Of a stretch of 64,000 bases of DNA, positions 56,266-64,000 are shown piece by piece. Position 1 is the stretch's first letter. Each line of letters begins with the position of its first letter. A model generated the notes under the pieces. The model saw only the letters and a list, made by a program, of their open reading frames with translations, did no database searches and was not told the origin of the DNA. The stretch is from Thermomicrobiales bacterium (GTDB lineage Bacteria > Chloroflexota > Chloroflexia > Thermomicrobiales > UBA6265), in assembly GCA_023957015.1 (NCBI GenBank), contig JAMLHR010000001.1:28841-92840 (forward strand). Reading direction: 5' to 3'. A program made the translations under genes and the position numbers.

Positions 56266-58288
56266 ATGCCCAACAAACTCGCCGATCAATCCAGCCCCTA
56301 CCTACTGCAGCACAAAGACAATCCGGTGGATTGGTACCCATGGAGCGATGAGGCATTTCGAGCAGCGAAGGCGCGTAATGTGCCGGTCCTGGTCAGCATC
56401 GGTTACTCAACCTGCCACTGGTGTCACGTCATGGCGCACGAATCGTTCGAGGATGCCGCGGTGGCCCAACTCCTGAACGACAGCTTCGTGTGCATCAAGG
56501 TCGATCGCGAGGAGCGACCGGACATCGATGCTATCTATCTCCAATCCATGCAGGCATTGGGATATCACACCGGCTGGCCGCTCAATGTCTGGCTCACCCC
56601 GGATGGATTGCCGTTCTATGGTGGTACGTATTTTCCACCAACATCGCGACAGGGTATGCCGAGTTTCACTCAGGCAATTCTCACGATCCGTGATCTGTGG
56701 CAGCGGGACCGGGCCAAAGTCGTTAAGGGTGGACAAGAGGTAGCGAAACATGTCATCCAGGCTGCCGATGCCGCTGGGTATCCGGAAACGATCAACCACG
56801 ATACCATGCAAAACTGCCTGCGTGCCCTTTTCCATGAGTTCGATAAACAGCACGGCGGTTTCGGTAAGGCGCCGAAGTTCCCCCATCAGACCTCGCTGGA
56901 GTTTCTCCTGCGCCACTATCGCCGGACAAACGATGTGGCCGCGCTGAGTATGGTGGAGCTCACGCTCGGGGCGATGGCTGAGGGCGGTATCCACGACCAA
57001 CTGGGCGGTGGATTCTCCCGCTACTCGGTGGATGAGGAATGGCACGTACCACATTTCGAGAAGATGCTGTATGACAACGCATTGCTCCTGCCATTGTACG
57101 TGGATACCTACCGACTAACCGGGGAATCGTTCTTCCTGCAGGCCGCGGCAGGCATCGTGCGATGGCTACGTACCGACATGCTGTTGCATAACGGCGCGTT
57201 TGCGGCCGCCAGCGATGCCGATAGCGAGGGTGTCGAGGGCAAGTTCTACATCTGGACCGCAGCCGAGATCGATGCATTACTCTCGGCTGAAGACGCCGAT
57301 CTGATCAAGCTGCACTTCGGCGTCGCTGATCCGGGCTCATTCGAGGGTGCGAATGTCCTCCGCATCGTCAAGACGGATGAGGACCTGGCGGAGGATCTGA
57401 ATCTGCCGATTGCGCAGGTTCGTGAGCGTCTGCAACGGGCAAAAGAGATTATGCTGGACGCCCGCAAGAACCGCCTGGCTCCCCACCGGGATGACAAGAT
57501 CATCGCCGGGTGGAACGGTCTGGCGTTCCATGCACTCGCCTACTCTGGCGCGGCATTGAATCGACCTGCCTGGATCAAGATGGCCCGCAATGCGGCCCAG
57601 TTTGTCACCGCGAACATGATCAATGTTGATGGAACGATGTCGCGCAGTTGGGCCAATGGCATGTCCACCGCCAACGGTGTGTTGGAGGATTACGCCAATG
57701 TCGCGCGTGGATTACTGACGCTGTACGGTGTCACTGGCGAAGCGAAGTGGGCGGATATCGCCTGGAACCTCGTGGAAGTAACGCGGGAACGCTTCGCCAT
57801 GCCAGCGGCGTCGGTTTCTATGACACACCAGCATCCACCGATCTCTTCGCCCGGCCACGTGAGTTCACTGATACGGCGTGCCATCCGGAAATGCTGTCAT
57901 GGCCGAAGTGCTGGCGATCTTCAGTGTGATGCGTCGGGACGACACAGTGAGGGCGCAGGCGACGGAGATCGTGGAAGCGATGGGCGGTGTACTGCCACGC
58001 TACCCGCTCCACACCGGTATGCTTTCCTGCGTCGCGGAGCGCCTGATAGCACCAACCCGGGAGTTAGTACTGGTGGGCCACAGCACCACGGAACTACGGG
58101 ACGCCGGCAACGAGTTAGTGGACCCGTTGGTAGTACGTGGTTACGTACATACCGAGAAGGGATCCGGTTGGGCGATGACGGAGGATAAACCATTTACACC
58201 GGAAGCCACCGCCTATTGGTGCACGAGTTACACCTGCAAGGCACCCTCGCATAGCGCTGACGTACTGCGCCAGGCGATGACCAACTGA
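56266..58288 (+). pseudogene. thioredoxin-domain (DUF255, YyaL-like) protein, two frameshifts near the C-terminus
   Basis: N-terminus [17 protein letters not shown]...[11 protein letters not shown]. Homology continues in a second frame ([26 protein letters not shown]) from about 57800. It continues in a third frame ([11 protein letters not shown]...YWCTSYTCKAP) from about 57878. Confidence 0.75.
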
Positions 58289-58333
58289 TGTAGGGGCGGA
58301 TCCGATCATGATCGGTATCCGCCCGAATTGTAC
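58288..58333 (+). repeat. REP-like hairpin, same family (copy 4)
   Basis: ATGTAGGGGCGGATCCGATCATGATCGGTATCCGCCCGAATTGTA. Arms GGAT/ATCC replace AAAC/GTTT of copy 1. Confidence 0.75.
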
Positions 58334-58356
58334 GAGTCCTCAACAAGGCCGCTTGG

Positions 58357-59337
58357 TCAGTCGAACAGCTCGTGCAGGAAATCGATACGAGCGCGGTTGC
58401 CGAAGGCACCGCCGCCATCGTGGCCATTGAACTGATAGATATCCATCGATTTCTCGCCTGCATAATGGTTGTAGGCTGCGTAGACGGTGCTGGGCGGACA
58501 GATCGCATCCATCAGACCAACATTGAACCGCGCCGGTGCATTCGCGCGAGCAGCGAAGTTGACGCCATCCACGTAATCCAGCGTCGCAAACCCGCGCTCC
58601 ACCATATCAACATGCTGAGAGAAGTAGTTCTTCAGTTCCACGTAGGGCGCGGCATCGGTCACCGTGGCGGCACGGCGATAGTGGCACAAAAACGGTTGCG
58701 ACGTATAGACGCCACTGAGGTCATCGACCAGACCTGCTACCGCCAGCGAGATTCCGCCGCCCTGACTACCACCGGTGACTACCACACGACGATCAACATC
58801 GGGATGGCTACGGGCGGCCTCAACGGCTCTCACCGCGTCCGTAAACACACGACGATAGTAATGCTCGGTGGGCGAGCTGAGGCCGCGTGTCAGGAATCCG
58901 GGGTATTGCGGTTCGCCACTGGCACCGGCGTCCGGTGTATCGCCACGCTGCCAGGCACTCCCCTGCCCACGGGTATCCATAACAAGATGCGCGAATCCGG
59001 CGGACGCGATCAACGTGTAGTTGTGGGGGAAGCCACGGCCGCCACCATAGCCCAGGTACTCCACCACGCAGGACACCGGTCCCGGGCGATGCCTGGGTAT
59101 CAGCATCCAGCCACGAATCGGCTGACCGCCAAAGCCGGCGTAGGTGACATCATAGACATCGTGAGCGGTGATACCGACGTCGATTGGCGCAAAGACGGTC
59201 GCCAGATCGCGAGAGCGAGCATCGGCGAGCGTATCGGCCCAGAAGGCATCGAAATCATCGGGCTCATCTCGCTCGGGTCGATACTGCTCCAGAATATCGA
59301 GCGGATAATCAAAGAACGCCACGGCATGCTCCTTCAT
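58357..59337 (-). CDS. acetyl xylan esterase / cephalosporin-C deacetylase (CE7, AXE1 family)
   Basis: N-terminus FFDYPLDILEQYRPERDEPDDFDAFW, nucleophile elbow GGSQGGGISLA, and C-terminal NGHDGG. Confidence 0.8.
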   Translation of the reverse strand: MKEHAVAFFDYPLDILEQYRPERDEPDDFDAFWADTLADARSRDLATVFAPIDVGITAHDVYDVTYAGFGGQPIRGWMLIPRHRPGPVSCVVEYLGYGGGRGFPHNYTLIASAGFAHLVMDTRGQGSAWQRGDTPDAGASGEPQYPGFLTRGLSSPTEHYYRRVFTDAVRAVEAARSHPDVDRRVVVTGGSQGGGISLAVAGLVDDLSGVYTSQPFLCHYRRAATVTDAAPYVELKNYFSQHVDMVERGFATLDYVDGVNFAARANAPARFNVGLMDAICPPSTVYAAYNHYAGEKSMDIYQFNGHDGGGAFGNRARIDFLHELFD

Positions 59338-59473
59338 CGAATGGTGAGTTTCTGTCGATCACGGTACCACGACAGCGGTGGATGCAAAACCGTCTATCCC
59401 CACCCAGCCCATTTCGTATTTGACAACTCGGCGTCGCGGCACTAGCCTACGCCCACAATCAGAAAGGCGAACG

Positions 59474-60292
59474 ATGTCAGCATCATTCTCGATCTGCGCC
59501 ACCTGTGGCGTGGAGCATAGTCATCCACTTCCCGACATCTGCGCGATCTGCGCCGATGATCGGCAATACCTGCCAGCGGACGGCGTTCAGCGCTGGACAA
59601 CACTGGATGAACTTCGTGACGGACGGTCGGTTCATCTTGAGGAGATTGAGCCACGTCTGTTCGCGATGAGCGTGACACCATCGGTCGGTATCGGTCATCG
59701 CCCGCTGCTGGTACAGACCGATCAGGGCAACCTTCTCTGGGATCCGCCAGGCTACATCGACGACGAAGCCATCCAGCAAATCCTTGCACTCGGCGGGATT
59801 CGCTGGATCGCTGGTAGTCATCCTCACATGTTCGGTGTGCAACTGGAGTGGGCGGCTGCATTCGATGCCCTCGTGCTGGTGTCAGAGAGGGACGCCGGAT
59901 GGATCGCGCGTCAGGGTGAGGCGATCCAACTCTGGGATGACACGCTAGAACTTGCACCGGGATTGACGCTCTATCGGTTCGGCGGGCACTTCGCCGGCAG
60001 CTCCGTGGCTCACTGGAGCGGTGCCGATGGCAAGGGAGTGATGCTAAGTAGCGACACGTTCGCATCGAATGCGGACAAACGCACCGTAACCTTCCTGCGC
60101 AGTTATCCGAATCGGATTCCGCTGTCGGCTAGCACTGTCCAACGCATCATCGCAGGAATCGCGGAACTGGAGTTCGATCGGCTCTATGCGAACTTCCCCC
60201 CTTCGATTACCGCTGATGCCAAGGCCAAAGTGCTGCACTCGGCAGAGCGCCACATCGGCTGGGTTTCGGGAGATTTCGACGATCTGACCTAA
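59474..60292 (+). CDS. MBL-fold-like hydrolase with N-terminal CxxC...CxxC zinc-ribbon
   Basis: MSASFSICATCGVEHSHPLPDICAICADD, then LLWDPPGYID...IAGSHPHMFG. The family assignment is tentative. Confidence 0.45.
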   Translation: MSASFSICATCGVEHSHPLPDICAICADDRQYLPADGVQRWTTLDELRDGRSVHLEEIEPRLFAMSVTPSVGIGHRPLLVQTDQGNLLWDPPGYIDDEAIQQILALGGIRWIAGSHPHMFGVQLEWAAAFDALVLVSERDAGWIARQGEAIQLWDDTLELAPGLTLYRFGGHFAGSSVAHWSGADGKGVMLSSDTFASNADKRTVTFLRSYPNRIPLSASTVQRIIAGIAELEFDRLYANFPPSITADAKAKVLHSAERHIGWVSGDFDDLT

Positions 60293-60759
60293 ACGAACTG
60301 CAATGCACCCAAAATCAATACGGCGATCACCAGGATCGCGATAATCGCCCAGAGTACCCGCGTCGATCCACTAGCGGATGTGGGTTCCACCACCGTGGGA
60401 TGAACCACTGGTTCAACAGCCGGTGTCGCAATGTCTGATTGATCGACGAGTTCAGGGGCTTCCGCCTCCTCGGCCTGCACGACCTTAATGGCGTGCTGGA
60501 CGGCATCGTCAGGTTCCGGAAGCTTCTCTACCTCGCGAGCAGCAATGGTCTGCAACCACTGCGGCAAGTCGCTGACATCCACAAGCGAGGTGGGATCGAT
60601 CACGCTGGTATCGGGTTCGGGCAAGGTGCGCTCAATGCGCTCATCGACGGTTGGTAAGGATCGCCAGGCGGGCGGACGCTTCAACCAGGTCGGCATCGCA
60701 TCCTTGAGACCGCCGTCCGGGATCGGGCGCATAGGTTCCTGATTGTCGGAATCGCTCAT
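60289..60759 (-). CDS. hypothetical tail-anchored membrane protein
   Basis: Acidic/Pro-rich N-terminal region and a single C-terminal TM helix VLWAIIAILVIAVLILGALQFV. Overlaps neighbouring gene ends. Confidence 0.5.
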   Translation of the reverse strand: MSDSDNQEPMRPIPDGGLKDAMPTWLKRPPAWRSLPTVDERIERTLPEPDTSVIDPTSLVDVSDLPQWLQTIAAREVEKLPEPDDAVQHAIKVVQAEEAEAPELVDQSDIATPAVEPVVHPTVVEPTSASGSTRVLWAIIAILVIAVLILGALQFV

Positions 60760-60762
60760 ACC

Positions 60763-61230
60763 CTACCCTCGTCGCGGTGCTCGCAAATCCTCGGTATCTA
60801 GCCAAATGGTAACTGGTCCATCGTTAACCAATTCTACTGCCATCTCGGCGCCAAATACGCCGGTCTCGACCGTAAATCCCTGCGCGCGGAGCGCGTCACA
60901 GAAAGCATCGACCATTGGCGCGGCCATCTCCGGCGGGGCGGCGTGCGCCCAGCTGGGGCGGCGGCCCTTGCGGACATCTCCATACAGCGTGAACTGGGAG
61001 ACAACCAGCATCGAGACTGCCCCGGAATCGAGCGCGGAGACGTTCATGACACCATGCTCGTCCTCCAGAATGCGGAGGTTGACGATCTTGTTCGCCAACA
61101 GATCGATCTCGGCAGCGGTATCGGTCTGGGTGATGCCTACCAGGAGCATATAACCACCCCCGATAGCACCTGTCACCTCGCCATTCACCGTCACCGAGGC
61201 GCGACTGACGCGCTGCAGACAGACTCTCAT
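60763..61230 (-). CDS. dtd: D-aminoacyl-tRNA deacylase
   Basis: [13 protein letters not shown]..., [18 protein letters not shown]. Confidence 0.9.
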   Translation of the reverse strand: MRVCLQRVSRASVTVNGEVTGAIGGGYMLLVGITQTDTAAEIDLLANKIVNLRILEDEHGVMNVSALDSGAVSMLVVSQFTLYGDVRKGRRPSWAHAAPPEMAAPMVDAFCDALRAQGFTVETGVFGAEMAVELVNDGPVTIWLDTEDLRAPRRG

Positions 61231-61709
61231 CGAGGTGCAATCATCGCGGTGGCGATGGCGGCGATACCCTCACCCCGACCAACAAATCCCATCATCTCGT
61301 TGGTTGTCGCCTTGATACTGATGGCATCGACCGAAAGACCGGTGGCCTGCGCGATGCGCTCACGCATCCGCTGGACGTGTGGATTGATCCTCGGAGCCTC
61401 GGCGATTACCGTGGCATCGATATTCACCGGCTGCCAGTTGTTGTCAGTCAGCAATCCCACTGTATGGTTCAGGATCTCGATGCTATCGAGGTCCTTCCAG
61501 CACGCTTCCGATGGTGGAAAGTGGACACCGATATCGCCCAAGGCGGCAGCGCCGAGCAGGGCATCGGCAATCGCGTGCAGCAGCACATCGGCATCACTGT
61601 GGCCGAGCAGTCCCCTCTCGTGCGGGATCTCGATACCCCCAAGCACCAGTCGCCGATTCTCGGCAAACTGATGGACGTCGTAGCCAATTCCGGAACGCGG
61701 CCAGGTCAT
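61227..61709 (-). CDS. ispF: 2-C-methyl-D-erythritol 2,4-cyclodiphosphate synthase
   Basis: GIGYDVHQF and [19 protein letters not shown]. Confidence 0.9.
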   Translation of the reverse strand: MTWPRSGIGYDVHQFAENRRLVLGGIEIPHERGLLGHSDADVLLHAIADALLGAAALGDIGVHFPPSEACWKDLDSIEILNHTVGLLTDNNWQPVNIDATVIAEAPRINPHVQRMRERIAQATGLSVDAISIKATTNEMMGFVGRGEGIAAIATAMIAPR

Positions 61710-62398
61710 GATGTGGCTTCCTTTCGCGCACGCAGGATGGCTTCTGCCACCAGCACATCGTGCGGATGCGTGATCTTGAGATTGGTGGAATTACTGGGAA
61801 CGATCGTAACCGGGTAACCCAGATGTTCGGCCAGCGAGGCCTCATCGGTCATCAGGACATCGCCGGATTGCGCCAACGCCATCATCTCGGTCATAAGCTT
61901 CACGTTGAACACCTGCGGTGTCTGGGCCTGCCAGAGGGTGGAGCGATCGATCGTTTCCACGATCTGCCCCTGAATACAACGCTTGATGGTATCGGTAACC
62001 TGGGCAGCGAGAATCGCGCCACCCGATTTCGCCGCGGCAGACACGGTGGCATCAATCTGATCCGAATTGACCAGCGGTCGGGCGGCATCATGCACCAGCA
62101 CGATCTCGGCATCCTCGCGGGCGGCACGTACGCCGTTGGCGGTCGATTGCTGCCGCGTATCGCCACCGAGGACGATCTGTCGCACCTTCGTCCAGGAACG
62201 GAGCGCAAGCAGCTCGGAGATCGGCACCATCGTGTGTTCACCTACAACCAGAACGATCTCGGTCACCGAGGTTGCGTGCTCAAACGCATCGAGCGTCCAG
62301 GCCAGCACCGGGCGGTCCAGCAGCGGTGTCAGCACCTTACTGGCATCGCCAAAGCGCTCTCCCTTCCCGGCAGCCACGATGACGGCAACGGCAATCAT
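61706..62398 (-). CDS. ispD: 2-C-methyl-D-erythritol 4-phosphate cytidylyltransferase
   Basis: VIVAAGKGERFG and VLVHDAARPLV. Confidence 0.9.
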   Translation of the reverse strand: MIAVAVIVAAGKGERFGDASKVLTPLLDRPVLAWTLDAFEHATSVTEIVLVVGEHTMVPISELLALRSWTKVRQIVLGGDTRQQSTANGVRAAREDAEIVLVHDAARPLVNSDQIDATVSAAAKSGGAILAAQVTDTIKRCIQGQIVETIDRSTLWQAQTPQVFNVKLMTEMMALAQSGDVLMTDEASLAEHLGYPVTIVPSNSTNLKITHPHDVLVAEAILRARKEATS

Positions 62399-63240
62399 GA
62401 CAACTGCTCCCGAGCAGCAAAGAGTCGCTCTGCCACTTCCTGGGGGACCGGTGCGGAGCCGAGAATGCGGCCTTCGCGAAAACCGACACCGTGGTAATCG
62501 CTACCACCGGTCGGGATCAGGCCCCACTCGTCAGCGATGGCTCGAAGTTCCTCATGCTGCTCCGGCGTGTACTCGGCGTAGTAGGTCTCAAACCCCTGTA
62601 GGCCCACCGGCACCAACCGCTTGAGTGTTCCCTCGATGTCCCTGGTTGTAAACGGATGCGCCAGCACTGGAATGGCGTGGTGGTCCACCAGAAGACGGAC
62701 CGCATCCTCCGGCATAAAGGGATCACGGGGAACGTAGCCCGGTCTCCCTGCCTTAAGGTAGCGATCGAAGGCGTCCGGGACATCGGTAGCGGCACCGATT
62801 TCGATGAGCGCCCGGGCAACATGCGGTCGGCCAATACTACCGAACTCCGCCTGCGCCAGAATGGCATCACCATCGATGTCGTAGCCAAGTCCGCACAGCT
62901 TCTCGATCATCTGCTCGATACGGCGATAACGGCTCATGGCGAGATCGTGGAGGGCTTCGGTGAGACCGGTATCGGCAATATCGACGAAGTAGCCGAGGAT
63001 GTGCACTTCGGCGCGATCAACGGTCGCGCTGAGCTCGACGCCCGGCACCAGCGTGATGCCAGCGGCATCCGCCCGGCGCTGCACTTCCGGAAGAGCGGCG
63101 ACCGTATCGTGATCGGTCACACCCAGGACAGAAACCCCCTGCTGAACGGCGAAACGCACCAGTTCAGCAGGGGTATCCACGCCATCGCTGGCGGTGGTGT
63201 GGGTGTGAAGATCAATGTTGTGAGGATTCGTCGTTGTCAT
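62395..63240 (-). CDS. PHP-domain metal-dependent phosphoesterase (TrpH/YciV-like)
   Basis: IDLHTHTTASDG, GVTDHDT, GGSDYHG. Confidence 0.8.
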   Translation of the reverse strand: MTTTNPHNIDLHTHTTASDGVDTPAELVRFAVQQGVSVLGVTDHDTVAALPEVQRRADAAGITLVPGVELSATVDRAEVHILGYFVDIADTGLTEALHDLAMSRYRRIEQMIEKLCGLGYDIDGDAILAQAEFGSIGRPHVARALIEIGAATDVPDAFDRYLKAGRPGYVPRDPFMPEDAVRLLVDHHAIPVLAHPFTTRDIEGTLKRLVPVGLQGFETYYAEYTPEQHEELRAIADEWGLIPTGGSDYHGVGFREGRILGSAPVPQEVAERLFAAREQLS

Positions 63241-63249
63241 GAAACGAGT

Positions 63250-63813
63250 TTAGCGCGGTTCGACCACCAGGCGAATCGCGGTGCGATCCTCGTTCTCGAT
63301 AGTGACATCAATGAACGCCGGTATGCAGATCGCATCGATACCGGTTTCCTTGAGGTAATCCCGCGCGATGGCAACGGCTTTAATGGCCTGGTTAGTGGCA
63401 CCAGCACCGATCGCCTGCACCTCGGCTCGACCAACCTCGCGCACCACACCAGCGATCGCACCTGCGACAGCGCTTGGACGTGAGCGGGCGGACACCTTCA
63501 GGACATCCTCGAAATCGATAACGATATCTTCGGAGACTGATCCGTGGCTGGAGACCGATGCGTACTCAACTGTGGTTGTGGTGGTCGTTGACGACCACTC
63601 GGTATGGCCGTTGCTCTCGACCGGTATGGTTTCGGTCTCTATGTAGACGGAGACTTCCTCGTACTCAACGACCGCCTCCGCGACGGGGGCAGTCTCGGCA
63701 ATCGTCTCCTCAACCTCATCAACGAGCTCCTCATCCGCATCCGGCGGGAAGCTGTTGCCCTCGGCCTTGATCTTGATATCGGCCAAATTGAGTTTACTGA
63801 AGAAACGATTCAT
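63250..63813 (-). CDS. spoVS: SpoVS-domain protein with ~100-aa acidic N-terminal extension
   Basis: The C-terminal 86 aa, LKVSARSRPSAVAGAIAGVVREVGRAEVQAIGAGATNQAIKAVAIARDYL...CIPAFIDV...RTAIRLVVEPR, match SpoVS. ATG 63811-63813 follows AGAGGG. Confidence 0.75.
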   Translation of the reverse strand: MNRFFSKLNLADIKIKAEGNSFPPDADEELVDEVEETIAETAPVAEAVVEYEEVSVYIETETIPVESNGHTEWSSTTTTTTVEYASVSSHGSVSEDIVIDFEDVLKVSARSRPSAVAGAIAGVVREVGRAEVQAIGAGATNQAIKAVAIARDYLKETGIDAICIPAFIDVTIENEDRTAIRLVVEPR

Positions 63814-64000
63814 GGAGCCCGACCCTCTTTCCCCAAAACCCGGAATACGGGTGCAAGAATGCACAAGCATCGCCGTAGCGATACGTTCACTGAAATTGTG
63901 GATATCAGCCAATCCGGGCGGAGTTGCCCGAATCTCTCGCCTCCCCCAAAGAGGCATAGGGGTAGTTTACGCTGTTTCATCTTGGTTTTGCATTGCCATG

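Overview
GC-rich bacterial chromosomal segment with about 55 supportable protein genes and no rRNA, tRNA or CRISPR. Gene content (SpoVS, F420/PPOX-class enzyme, BMP-type ABC transporter, LPXTG-like sorting signal, GAAC-N4-GTTC SOS box) suggests a monoderm Chloroflexota/Thermomicrobia-like organism; this is inference only. Housekeeping genes: BMP ABC transporter operon, treZ, pyrF, guaB, proC, dtd-ispF-ispD, ferredoxin, a TPP enzyme. Most notable: (1) an archaeal-style nurA-herA-mre11-rad50 operon (18.8-26.0 kb) with overlapping stop/start codons, a perfect SOS box over its promoter, a 37-bp duplication of the herA start region and a non-canonical HerA P-loop. (2) Three tandem paralogous small genes (55-87 aa, shared SPELRRMAMLNRAxREE core) under a consensus sigma70 promoter. 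They abut a decayed IS4-superfamily element flanked by 46-bp perfect palindromic direct repeats and a parA-parB pair. (3) Two paralogous ECF sigma factors fused to double zinc ribbons, each followed by exporter genes, with a mosaic identity pattern and a relic of an ABC-gene 3' end. (4) A modular repeat surface protein with an LPSAG sorting signal next to a STAND-LuxR regulator. (5) Several families of GTAG-prefixed intergenic hairpin repeats (REP/REPIN-like) showing compensatory stem changes. (6) An intact ArgH-fold protein lacking catalytic motifs, while the canonical argH is frameshifted. Four genes (argH, a yyaL-like gene, the transposase, the repeat protein) carry multiple frame disruptions while long neighbouring genes are intact. 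Real decay and localized assembly error cannot be separated from this sequence alone. Many long antisense ORFs in the track are GC-driven shadows and were not called.
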